Source of the DNA: Candidatus Hodarchaeota archaeon
Lineage (GTDB): Archaea; Asgardarchaeota; Lokiarchaeia; Sigyniarchaeales; SOKP01
Direction: 5' to 3'
Assembly: GCA_048886685.1 (NCBI GenBank)
Contig: JBHLKM010000003.1
Span: 128,001 to 192,000 of the forward strand
Length of the DNA stretch: 64,000 nucleotides
The notes beneath the pieces were generated by a model. It saw only the letters and a program-made list of their open reading frames with translations. It searched no databases and had not been told where the DNA came from. Both the position numbers and the translations under genes were made by a program. Below, piece after piece: positions 1-9,540 of the stretch. The stretch's first letter is position 1, and each line of letters opens with the position of its first letter.

Positions 1-939
1 TTTATTCCTCACTACTTTCCAACATATAGAATCAAAAGAAAATTATATCCTGTTCCAATAATTCTAGTTGTAATAATTTCAGGTATATTAGCATATTTAA
101 CATATGTAGAAGCAGGAGTTCAAATAGAAGGAGGATATTTCTCAGAAAGCGAATATGGAGCAATTGGGGGGATAATTAATGGAATTATATATACGGTGCT
201 AGCGGGTTTCTCTGCTTTTGTTATTATTTACATTATTAAAAAAAGAGGAGTGGGGACTTTAATATATATTTTTGGAATAGGTTTTGGGATAGTAGCCTTT
301 TTTCAAACTTGGTTCTTTGGTGAGATAATATTATATCTTTCAGTTGCTAATTATCCTAGATTATACTATACTCTTGATGTTGAATTAATTTTTCTTACAG
401 CAGTATTTACCATATTTATAATTTACAGATATTTTACCTCAAAATCAATTAAGATAAAAAATTTCATTGTGTTATATATTGGATTACTAATTGGGGCTTC
501 TATGGGTGTTTTAATGCCTCTTTGGACTACTCTAGCCATATTAATAGGAATTTCGTTATGGGATATGTTTGCTGTTTTGTATAAACATGGACCTATAAAG
601 CAATTAATTGATATTGTTTCTGAATCTAATGACAACAATATTTCAGAAAAAGAATTAAAAGATAAAATTAATAGCGGAGAATTTAGATATGATACTTCCA
701 AATTGGAGATCGGAATTGGTGATCTAGCATTTTATAGTATGCTTACATCCAGTGCTCTTGTTCAAACAAATAATATAATCATTATGATTTTAACTTCAGT
801 AGCTATAATAGTTGGAACAGGAATTACAATAATGGGATTAAAAAGAAATAAAATCCTACCAGGTCTACCTATCTCAATCTTTTTAGGAATTGGAACAATG
901 TTGCTCTCCTGGTATATTTTTTCATTCATATTTGTTTAA
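1..939 (+). CDS. Presenilin-family intramembrane aspartyl protease (5'-truncated by window edge)
   Basis: Frame is open from base 1. Multi-TM protein with SLWDMFAV (YD-type Asp), GIGDLAFYS (GxGD) and LPGLPISI (PAL-like) motifs. Confidence 0.9.
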   Translation, partial: FIPHYFPTYRIKRKLYPVPIILVVIISGILAYLTYVEAGVQIEGGYFSESEYGAIGGIINGIIYTVLAGFSAFVIIYIIKKRGVGTLIYIFGIGFGIVAFFQTWFFGEIILYLSVANYPRLYYTLDVELIFLTAVFTIFIIYRYFTSKSIKIKNFIVLYIGLLIGASMGVLMPLWTTLAILIGISLWDMFAVLYKHGPIKQLIDIVSESNDNNISEKELKDKINSGEFRYDTSKLEIGIGDLAFYSMLTSSALVQTNNIIIMILTSVAIIVGTGITIMGLKRNKILPGLPISIFLGIGTMLLSWYIFSFIFV

Positions 940-1008
940 CATTAAATTTCTAATTTTTTAAAGTAAATTACATTTTATTTTTTATTACCAAATAAAAGGT
1001 GTATCTTT

Positions 1009-2196
1009 ATCGTAACAATAGATGATATTAAAACAATAGTAGTAATAGGTGCAGGGGTTATGGGTCATGAAATTGCTCAAGTAGCTCTTATGGGCGGTTT
1101 TGAAAATATAATTTTAAATGACTTAAATGAGGAAATTATTAATAAAGCTGTGATCAGAATTAAAAGTGGTTTGGAACGACTTGAGCTAAAAGGTAAGTTA
1201 AATGAAAGTTATACAACCACTAATCTAATGGATAATCTAATAGGGGAGGTTAGTTTAGAAAAAGCCCTATCCAGAGCAGACTTTGTTATTGAAGCAATTC
1301 CAGAAGTTATGAAAATTAAAAAAGATCTTTTTGAGAAATTAGGTAATTATTCCCCCGAAAATGCAATTTTGGCAACAAATACGTCTACAATGAGTATTTC
1401 TGAGATAGCTTCAACATCAGGAAGACCTGATAAAGTTATAGGATGCCATTTTTTTACACCCATAGTCGTACTACGATTAATTGAAATCATTAAGGGAAAA
1501 AAAACTTCAGACGAAACTGTAAAAATAGCAAAAGAAATCTGTCAAAAATTACCCTCTCTTCAAGGAAAACGCTTTTTACCAGTACTTCAAAAAGAAAGTC
1601 CCGGATTCATTGTAAATAGGTTAAATGCTGTTTCTTTTCTCTATTTAAACTGGCTTCTGGAATATTCTATGGAAAAAGGTATAGCCTTGGAAAATTTAGA
1701 TGCAGATGCTGAATCTCTGGCAGAAGTTGGTCCATATGCTAAATTGGATTATCTTGGTCTTGATACAGTATTTAATGCCATGATATATTTCGCAGGAGCT
1801 GTTTCTTCAGATTTTACTCCAGGAAAAACTATAACAAGACTAGTAAGTAAAGGAAATCTTGGAAGAAAAACAGGAAAAGGACTTTTTAATTGGAATGGAG
1901 AGAAATTAAAAATTTCTAAAAAAGAGAAAGCTGGTCTCTTAGACATTGAGCTTCTTATGGCAACCCAATTAAATGAGGGATGTAGACTTTTAGAAGAAGG
2001 TGTAGTTCCTGGTTATAAAATAATTGATGACGCTATGATGGCAGGAATGAACATACCTGGTCCCTTTGGCCCTGGAAAAAGAAATTATGGGAAATGGACA
2101 AATTTATTAGAAGATTTTGTAGAAAAATCAGGTATTACATATTTAAAACCGTGTAAACTGATGAAATCTGGCGATTTTATTAATATGAGAAAATAA
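1009..2196 (+). CDS. 3-hydroxyacyl-CoA dehydrogenase family protein
   Basis: VIGAGVMG Rossmann motif (begins upstream of the ATG at 1060), EAIPE, ATNTST, HFF, PGFIVNR, LGRKTGKG. Start inferred at ATC 1009 after GGTG 998-1001. Confidence 0.9.
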   Translation: MVTIDDIKTIVVIGAGVMGHEIAQVALMGGFENIILNDLNEEIINKAVIRIKSGLERLELKGKLNESYTTTNLMDNLIGEVSLEKALSRADFVIEAIPEVMKIKKDLFEKLGNYSPENAILATNTSTMSISEIASTSGRPDKVIGCHFFTPIVVLRLIEIIKGKKTSDETVKIAKEICQKLPSLQGKRFLPVLQKESPGFIVNRLNAVSFLYLNWLLEYSMEKGIALENLDADAESLAEVGPYAKLDYLGLDTVFNAMIYFAGAVSSDFTPGKTITRLVSKGNLGRKTGKGLFNWNGEKLKISKKEKAGLLDIELLMATQLNEGCRLLEEGVVPGYKIIDDAMMAGMNIPGPFGPGKRNYGKWTNLLEDFVEKSGITYLKPCKLMKSGDFINMRK

Positions 2197-2268
2197 AGAT
2201 TTTTTCATAAACCTTTAATAAAACTTTTCATAACTTTATTAAAAAAAGGAAAAAGCTTAGCAGTCATA

Positions 2269-3315
2269 ATGTCTTTTATAAACGGTCTTAAGATCTTCTT
2301 TAAAAAACCGTTATATGTTCTCATTTTAGGTTTGTTTATTGTTGCTTGGATTTTAATTTTATTTGGTTATACTATCTTTATTATTCAAGGATATTATCGA
2401 TTTCTTTTCTTCTTTATTGGTATTTTGGCAGGATTTACCCTACTCTTATTCATTTCCACTTTCTTTAAACCAATTGATGATATAAGTTATATTTTTATTA
2501 TCATTATATTTATGATTTCAATTCCGATTATATTAATATTTAAAGGGCTTATTATATCAATAATCATCCCCTTTTTGATAGTAAATCAATTGTTAACAGC
2601 ATTTTTTGCATTTAAATTATGTATGGATTCATCAACTAAAGTTGATGATTATTTCTATGTTAAAGAAAAATCTCGGAAGTTCGTAAGACCATTAGAATTC
2701 ATATTATTTGGATTTATAGCTTTATCAGTATTTGTTATAACATGGAATATAATGCGCCGTTTAACTCCTGGTGCTGCAAAAAGAAGTGCAAATATCTTTA
2801 GAATTATTTTTTGGGTCAATATAATTTTAATTATTATCGTAATAACAAGACTACCTATTACCAAAAAATTAGCGGCATACATTACATTATTTTTTTTATT
2901 AACTTATTTATATATCTTATATATCATAATAGATTTGATTGCCGTTATTATATTTCCAGATACGTTAAGTTTCACTTGGTATTTCTTTATAATTGACATC
3001 ATATTATTCTTTTACATCATCGGTTCTATATTTGATAAAGTAGAATATTTAGAACAAAAATTTAAAATTTTCAAGGTAGAAACATTATCTTTATTTGTAA
3101 TCATATTGAAATTATTTACTCAATTCTTTAAAATTATCCCGGATATTCCTGGTTTAAGAGTCTCTTTTAATTATGTAAAGATACAATTATATTTACAATT
3201 ATTTCTGTTATGGATGTTTGTAATTTTTATTCTAATTTTTGGCATTCATTCGATAATTGTCCATAAAGAAGGTAATAATAAATTGAATGATTTAGGGGAT
3301 AAAAAAATGAACTAA
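2269..3315 (+). CDS. Hypothetical polytopic membrane protein
   Basis: 348 aa ORF with many hydrophobic segments and no recognisable motif. Confidence 0.7.
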   Translation: MSFINGLKIFFKKPLYVLILGLFIVAWILILFGYTIFIIQGYYRFLFFFIGILAGFTLLLFISTFFKPIDDISYIFIIIIFMISIPIILIFKGLIISIIIPFLIVNQLLTAFFAFKLCMDSSTKVDDYFYVKEKSRKFVRPLEFILFGFIALSVFVITWNIMRRLTPGAAKRSANIFRIIFWVNIILIIIVITRLPITKKLAAYITLFFLLTYLYILYIIIDLIAVIIFPDTLSFTWYFFIIDIILFFYIIGSIFDKVEYLEQKFKIFKVETLSLFVIILKLFTQFFKIIPDIPGLRVSFNYVKIQLYLQLFLLWMFVIFILIFGIHSIIVHKEGNNKLNDLGDKKMN

Positions 3316-3397
3316 TACAATCCATAAATTATAGCATTATGATTTTTTAAATGTATTAAATTTATATTATTAAAGTAAATAATTAAAAACCTATTTC

Positions 3398-3688
3398 ATG
3401 TCCAAACCAGAAAAAGGTATAAAAACAGGATTAGAGAAGATTATAGATTATTTCAATAATAATCTTGAAGAAAACCATCCTATAGCTATTGCGAAAGTTG
3501 TAGAAGACACAGGCTTCTCTTGGAGTTTTATTAAGAAAACATTAGCTAAGATAAAAGAGAATTACGACGGATTTCATTTTGAAAAATCAGGAAATACCTG
3601 GATTACATGGAAAGACCGAGACCACATAATTAAGAAGCTAGATGACACATGTTCTCGTTTTTTAGAAGATTCTGATGATGAGTGTTAA
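3398..3688 (+). CDS. Small winged-helix DNA-binding protein (putative regulator)
   Basis: IAKVVEDTGFSWSFIKKTL HTH-like segment followed by a beta-wing (FEKSGNTWITW). Confidence 0.6.
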   Translation: MSKPEKGIKTGLEKIIDYFNNNLEENHPIAIAKVVEDTGFSWSFIKKTLAKIKENYDGFHFEKSGNTWITWKDRDHIIKKLDDTCSRFLEDSDDEC

Positions 3689-3796
3689 GATATTATAGAT
3701 TAAATTCATTTGTTTAAAATCTTTCTTTCATATTTTTCAATTTTTTGAAAAATTAATCATTAATCTGTAAAAAATAACTAGATTCTATCAAAAAAC

Positions 3797-3838
3797 TTTT
3801 TATTAGTGTGAGATTTCATTTAGTGTGAAGTTTCACAC
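3797..3838 (+). promoter_or_regulatory. TATA-like box followed by two tandem operator-like palindromes
   Basis: TTTTTATT at 3797-3804, imperfect GTGTGAG-AT-TTCATTT at 3806-3821 and perfect GTGTGAA-GT-TTCACAC at 3823-3838. Confidence 0.6.
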
Positions 3839-3869
3839 CAAATAAAATTAATGTATCTGGTTAATTCAA

Positions 3870-4814
3870 ATGAAAATTGAAAAATCAAGCCAAGATCTCG
3901 AAAATGAGGTAATATATGCGGGTTTATGTATCCATTGTGGAAGTTGTAATGCTTTTTGCCCGCATATGGATTTTAACAAAGAAACTGGGGAAGCTTATGT
4001 TGTGGATGAATGTGCTGAGACAGTAGGACTCTGTTATAATGCATGCCCTAGAAGTTTTCTCCCTATATCTGAAATCGAACAAAAATTATTCGGGAAGACG
4101 CGTGTTGATTTAGCAGTAGGTGTTTATAATGATATAATTCAGGTAAAATCCAAGAATAAGGATGAAATATTGTATAACCTCGCATTAGCTGCTTTTGAAT
4201 CTGGAATTATAAAACATATGGTTTTGAGTGAACCAAAGAGTAAGAAACCTCCTGTAGCATTCCCAGTTGTCGTAGATAATGCAAAGGATGCTAAGAAATA
4301 TATACCGAAAGCAACAATGGATAATGCAGGACCGCTGATTACTGGCATTGGCGTAGCATATAAAGATTATAAACGCGATATTGGAATAATCGCAAATCCA
4401 TGTCATTTACAGGGATTAGCAAAAATTCTCACCAGTGATTTTAACACCGGAGCAGAAAGAACATCCTTATGTATTGCTTATGCATGTTCCTCTGGGGGGA
4501 TGACTGGTTGTAAATATTGTACTGACTTTTCTGGTGAATTTTCTGATATTTCATATTCACCCTGGGGTGCTCCTAAAGGTTCTGGTGAAGCTTTCTTAAT
4601 AATCAGAACTGAAGTTGGTCAAAAAGTAGTCGATACTGCTGTTAAACAGAAATTAATTGAAATAACCGACCCAAATCCTGATTTATCAGAAATGAAAAAA
4701 TTTCTAAATAAAAAACGCAAAAAGAATTTCTTAACGCTTCTTGGAAAAGATTTAATCACGGCAAAATACTTAGATCTTAATGTTGATGAGTTAAAAGATA
4801 TTCTTGAAGAATAA
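3870..4814 (+). CDS. Coenzyme F420 hydrogenase/dehydrogenase beta subunit (FrhB/FdhB)-like Fe-S protein
   Basis: N-terminal CIHCGSCNAFCP and C..GLCYNACPR ferredoxin-like motifs, plus NPCH and CKYCTDF..EFSDIS. Confidence 0.8.
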   Translation: MKIEKSSQDLENEVIYAGLCIHCGSCNAFCPHMDFNKETGEAYVVDECAETVGLCYNACPRSFLPISEIEQKLFGKTRVDLAVGVYNDIIQVKSKNKDEILYNLALAAFESGIIKHMVLSEPKSKKPPVAFPVVVDNAKDAKKYIPKATMDNAGPLITGIGVAYKDYKRDIGIIANPCHLQGLAKILTSDFNTGAERTSLCIAYACSSGGMTGCKYCTDFSGEFSDISYSPWGAPKGSGEAFLIIRTEVGQKVVDTAVKQKLIEITDPNPDLSEMKKFLNKKRKKNFLTLLGKDLITAKYLDLNVDELKDILEE

Positions 4815-4921
4815 CCAATATTTTTATTTCTATTTCTTTTTACTTTTGTTTTTCAACCGTTTACTTAAATTTTAATAGAGTAATTCTTCTTTAAAACGAA
4901 AATCTTCTTGAATTAGATTAA

Positions 4922-5455
4922 TTATGTTAGGATATTTTGTTTTATCAAAATTAAACGAGTTAATGTTTCAAAAATTTTTTTATTATTTTCTCCACTTTTG
5001 GATGAGGTTTCAAAGAAATGGCTTATTTTATATTTTTCTTTAAATTCCTCTGCTTGTTCAATATCTATACTCCGTCTTATATCCGCTAAATCAAGCTTTT
5101 CTCCAACTAAAATAAAAACCGAATTGAGAGTGTTATTATAGACAATATCATACCATTCTTCTAAACTTTCAAAGCTAGTTCTTCTTGTTATGTCATAACA
5201 TAAAAGGCACCCTACTGCGCCACGTGCGTAATTAGGTAAAAAAATTCTGAATCGCCTTTCACCCGCGAAATCCCATATTTGAAGTCTTACGCTAGTTGAA
5301 TTATTAACTTCTATATCAAAAGTCGCGAGATCTGTTCCTATTGTTATTTTCTGGCTTATGAAGAGTCCTGTTATCAACCTCTGTACCATAGTTGATTTTC
5401 CTATGCCCCCATCTCCAACAATAACGACTTTAAAGATTAATTTTCGCTGCGACAT
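4922..5455 (-). CDS. Rab-like small GTPase
   Basis: GDGGIGKS (G1), T (G2), WDFAG (G3), GEKLD (G4), ETSSK (G5). Confidence 0.92.
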   Translation of the reverse strand: MSQRKLIFKVVIVGDGGIGKSTMVQRLITGLFISQKITIGTDLATFDIEVNNSTSVRLQIWDFAGERRFRIFLPNYARGAVGCLLCYDITRRTSFESLEEWYDIVYNNTLNSVFILVGEKLDLADIRRSIDIEQAEEFKEKYKISHFFETSSKSGENNKKIFETLTRLILIKQNILT

Positions 5456-5520
5456 GATCCAGAATCTTAATGTTATAAGGAAATCTTAATATTAATATGT
5501 ATAAAGATTTTTATAAAGTT

Positions 5521-6396
5521 TTACTCAATATTTAATTGGTCTTTTATTTTATTATCAAGAGCCTTAAGGTGTTCAAGTATAATAATTTGAATATTCTCAG
5601 GCAAGGATTTAAGAATCTTTTCTAATTCTTCTTTGCTAAAATTGCTAACATCCCGATAGGTTAGAATCAGAGATATGATTGCAATAAGAGGTGATATTAA
5701 CAGGATAAAATAAATAAGAGAAGAATTAGTCATTGGATCTGATCCCGCAATTCCCGTTCCAGGTAGATTAAGGTGAATAATAAAGATTGTGTTTTGATTT
5801 AAAGTAATAATTAAAATGAAATTTAGAATGTTTAGAGCAATGAAAACAAATAAGTTAATTATGGCAATTAATCTATAATTTTTTAATCTTAAAAATGAAA
5901 CGATGGAATCATAAGTTTTAGGATTCTCTTTATTAATTGTGTTAAGATTAATTTCAACTTTTGAATACTTCCATAGATCAACAAAAATCCATAAAAATCC
6001 AAATGTGTATAAAAAAATAAACAACAAGTTAAAATATGGGAAATAATCTTCAACTATATGCGGATTGTAAAGAGATTCGCCCCCTATCCAAAATAATAGA
6101 ATTAATTGGAAAAGAGCTGAGAAAAATAAGCGATTCGCGTGTTTCTTTTCTAAACCTAATGGATTATAAATAATAGGCTTCTCCTCAAATTCAGTTCTCC
6201 ATTTATTTGTATTAACAATTCTAAAAAATATTGAAAAAGCAAAAGAAATAAGCGGAAATAATAAAAGAGATATATTTTCCCATACTTGAGTAATTATTAA
6301 TAGAAAAAGAAAACTAAAAATGATTAAATCACGAATAATGGTTTCATTAAAAAGATCTTTTATTGATATGTAAAAATTATTATTAACTTCACTCAT
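5521..6396 (-). CDS. Hypothetical membrane protein
   Basis: 291 aa with about 6 hydrophobic segments. Confidence 0.65.
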   Translation of the reverse strand: MSEVNNNFYISIKDLFNETIIRDLIIFSFLFLLIITQVWENISLLLFPLISFAFSIFFRIVNTNKWRTEFEEKPIIYNPLGLEKKHANRLFFSALFQLILLFWIGGESLYNPHIVEDYFPYFNLLFIFLYTFGFLWIFVDLWKYSKVEINLNTINKENPKTYDSIVSFLRLKNYRLIAIINLFVFIALNILNFILIITLNQNTIFIIHLNLPGTGIAGSDPMTNSSLIYFILLISPLIAIISLILTYRDVSNFSKEELEKILKSLPENIQIIILEHLKALDNKIKDQLNIE

Positions 6397-6596
6397 TTTC
6401 TTATTAAAAGCAATCTTAATAATTAAACTTTTATGATTAATAGTTTTGAATTATCTGCTTATAGCTTACGAATAAATTAGATTCTATTTCATCAAAGCAT
6501 AACTCTTATTAACCCTAAAAATTTAAATTAACCACACTATTTTATTCCACATCATACATCTTACACATTAAATAGTGTTAAGATGGTGTAGTAAAA

Positions 6597-7694
6597 GTGA
6601 AAAGTGAAAAACTCGGAAGCCGAAAGACGCCTCTCTATGATATTCATGTAAACCTTGGCGCACGAATGGTAAATTTTTCTGGATGGCTAATGCCTGTTCA
6701 ATATGAGAGTATTATTAAGGAGCATGAAGCAGTCCGTTCTAATGCAGGAGTGTTTGATATATCCCATATGGGTGAGTTTCTACTTAATGGTCAAGATGTA
6801 ATTCCCTTTTTACAATATATCATGATAAACGATTTAAAATTATTGGAAATATCAAAGGGTCAATATTCTTGTATGTGTTACGAAAATGGCACTGTAGTTG
6901 ATGATTTAGTTTATTATGAGGAAAAAGAAGATCTCTTTAGAATGATTGTTAATGCTGGTAATATTGAGAAAGATTTTGAATGGTTAAAAAATCATATTAA
7001 TAAATATGATATAAGTATGCAGGATCTCTCATCTGAACGAAGTCGTTTAGCGTTTCAAGGTCCTAAAGCAGACGATCTACTTCAACCACTGGTAGATGTT
7101 GACCTTTCCGAAATAAATAGATTCTATTTTCGGCATTGTAACCTTAATAATATGCCAATATTCATAGCTAGAACAGGCTACACAGGGGAACGTGGCTTTG
7201 AGATCTCATTTGAAAATAAATATTCAGAAGAAATTTGGAATAATTTGACGAATACAGGAGCTAGTCCAGCAGGCTTAGGAGCAAGAGATTCCTTAAGGTT
7301 AGAAGCGTGTTATTCTTTATATGGACATGAAATAAGTGATACAATTACGCCAATAGAAGCGGGATTAAATTGGTTAGTAAAACCAAAGGAAGGTATTGAC
7401 TATATTGGTAAAGAAGTGCTTTTAAAACAAAAATCTGAAGGTACTGAAAGAACTTTAGTTGGTCTAAATTTGTTAGATAAAGGTATCATAAGGGAAAACT
7501 ATAAGATCTTCAAGAATGGAAATCAAATTGGTTATGTAACTTCTGGTGGATTTTCACCTACCCTTAAAAAAACCATTGGATTAGGATTGGTGAAATCTCA
7601 ATATAAAGAAGTGGGGATGGATTTGGAAATCGAAATTCGAGGAAAATTATTGAAAGGAATTACTGTCTCTACACCATTTTATCGAAATGTGTAA
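6597..7694 (+). CDS. gcvT: Glycine cleavage system T protein (aminomethyltransferase)
   Basis: FSGWLMPVQY, FDISHMG, RTGYTGERGFE, GLGARDSLRLEA. Confidence 0.97.
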   Translation: MKSEKLGSRKTPLYDIHVNLGARMVNFSGWLMPVQYESIIKEHEAVRSNAGVFDISHMGEFLLNGQDVIPFLQYIMINDLKLLEISKGQYSCMCYENGTVVDDLVYYEEKEDLFRMIVNAGNIEKDFEWLKNHINKYDISMQDLSSERSRLAFQGPKADDLLQPLVDVDLSEINRFYFRHCNLNNMPIFIARTGYTGERGFEISFENKYSEEIWNNLTNTGASPAGLGARDSLRLEACYSLYGHEISDTITPIEAGLNWLVKPKEGIDYIGKEVLLKQKSEGTERTLVGLNLLDKGIIRENYKIFKNGNQIGYVTSGGFSPTLKKTIGLGLVKSQYKEVGMDLEIEIRGKLLKGITVSTPFYRNV

Positions 7695-7728
7695 AAGGCG
7701 TATAAATTTAGAGAAAGAGTGAATACTA

Positions 7729-8124
7729 ATGAGTTATGAATTTCCTAGTGAATTAAAATATACAACAACTCATGAATGGGTAGATTTAAGTGATAATATT
7801 GCTACTGTTGGCATTACTGACTATGCTCAACATCAACTTGGTGATATAGTTTTTGTGGAACTTCCTGTTGTGGGAATTGTATTAGAGAAAGAAAGTAATG
7901 CTGGTGAAATTGAGTCAGTAAAAGCTGTTGGAGATCTTATAATGCCGTTATCAGGAGAAATTATTGAGATAAATGAGAAACTTGCTGAAAGTCCAGAACT
8001 CGTAAATTCATCTCCTTTTGGGGATGGTTGGATGATAAAGATTAAAATTTCTCATGCTACCGAAATTGATGAACTTATATCTGTTGAAAGATATAAAGAA
8101 TTAGTTAAATCAGAAGAACAATAA
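7729..8124 (+). CDS. gcvH: Glycine cleavage system H protein
   Basis: HEWV, GITDYAQHQLGDIVFV, ESVKA lipoyl-Lys. Confidence 0.97.
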   Translation: MSYEFPSELKYTTTHEWVDLSDNIATVGITDYAQHQLGDIVFVELPVVGIVLEKESNAGEIESVKAVGDLIMPLSGEIIEINEKLAESPELVNSSPFGDGWMIKIKISHATEIDELISVERYKELVKSEEQ

Positions 8125-8196
8125 TATTTTTTTTTATTTATTCGTTAAATTATTTTTGTTGATTATTTATATCAAATAATAGAGTTGAAAAATTAA

Positions 8197-9540
8197 GTGG
8201 ATTTTGTACCTCACGATAAAAAAACAGTTACCGAGATGTTAAGGGTAATTGGTGTCGTTGATATAGAAGAATTATTCCAAGATATCCCTAATGATTTGAT
8301 TAAAGAAAAGTTGAATTTACCTAAAGGATTATCTGAACCTGATCTTTTTCGGCATTTGAAGGAACTCTCGGAAAAAAATCGAAATTACTTGAGCTCATTC
8401 ATAGGTGCTGGTTGTTATTACCATTATATCCCTTCATTAGTAGATTTTGTTATTTCCAGATCTGAATTTTACACTTCATATACCCCTTATCAAGCAGAAG
8501 CGAGTCAAGGCTATTTACAAGCCATTTATGAATATCAAACATTGATTTCCAGACTTACTCAAATGGATATTGCTAACGCAAGTATGTATGATGGTTCTAC
8601 TGCTCTTGCTGAAGCGGCTATTATGGCCACACTAATTACTAATAAAAAATCTATACTTTTATTAGAAGGAATACACCCCGAATATATTGAAGTTGTTAAA
8701 ACATATTGTTGGGGTCAAGATATTAGTATTAAAATAATAAATGAGGATAAATTAATAACTGAGTTAAATGAAGATATTGCCGCTTTATTGTTCCAGAGTC
8801 CTAATTTTTTTGGCGATGTAGAGGATGTCTCAATATTAATAAAAAAAGTTAGAGAAAAAGCTCCAAAATGTTTGCTAGTTCAAGTAATGACTGATCCCAC
8901 ATGCCTAGGAGTCTTAAAACCTCCAGGACTAACAGATATTGATATCTTTGTAGCTGAAGGACAATCTTTTGGCATAAGTCCATCTTTCGGAGGGCCTGGA
9001 TTAGGGATTTTTACTGCTAAAAAGAAATATCTAAGAAAAATACCAGGTAGGTTGATTGGTAAAACTAAGGAGATTAATGGAACAGGAGAAGGATTTATCT
9101 TAACATTACAAGCGCGAGAGCAACACATCCGACGCGAAAAGGCAAGTTCAAATATATGTACAAATCAAGCACTATGTTCATTGGCAGCATCAGTTTATTT
9201 AATGGCAATGGGAAGAACTGGATTAAGAGAGATTGCAATCCAGAATTTTCAAAAAGCTCATTACCTCAAATTTGAACTAGGAAAAATCCCTGGTTATAAA
9301 ATCTTAAATACTAAACCCACATATAACGAGTTTTTAGTTAATTGTCCTAATATTGATTCTCTTATTATTCAATGTAAACAGCGTAACTTACTTCCACCCC
9401 TTAGAATATCAAAATATTATCCTCAAATGAAAAACACCGCTTTAGTGTGTATAACAGAAATGAATTCAAAAGATTCTATTGAAGCATTTCTTCAAGCTGC
9501 TCAAGTGGCATCAAACAAAAAAGAGGAGGGAGAAATATAA
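8197..9540 (+). CDS. gcvPA: Glycine dehydrogenase subunit 1
   Basis: YTPYQAEASQG, NASMYDG, REQHIRREKASSNICTNQAL. Confidence 0.97.
   Translation: MDFVPHDKKTVTEMLRVIGVVDIEELFQDIPNDLIKEKLNLPKGLSEPDLFRHLKELSEKNRNYLSSFIGAGCYYHYIPSLVDFVISRSEFYTSYTPYQAEASQGYLQAIYEYQTLISRLTQMDIANASMYDGSTALAEAAIMATLITNKKSILLLEGIHPEYIEVVKTYCWGQDISIKIINEDKLITELNEDIAALLFQSPNFFGDVEDVSILIKKVREKAPKCLLVQVMTDPTCLGVLKPPGLTDIDIFVAEGQSFGISPSFGGPGLGIFTAKKKYLRKIPGRLIGKTKEINGTGEGFILTLQAREQHIRREKASSNICTNQALCSLAASVYLMAMGRTGLREIAIQNFQKAHYLKFELGKIPGYKILNTKPTYNEFLVNCPNIDSLIIQCKQRNLLPPLRISKYYPQMKNTALVCITEMNSKDSIEAFLQAAQVASNKKEEGEI

Noticed and set aside
6400-6596. Canonical glycine riboswitch upstream of gcvT
   Set aside because: No GGAGA, CCGAAG or CUCUCAGG aptamer signatures.
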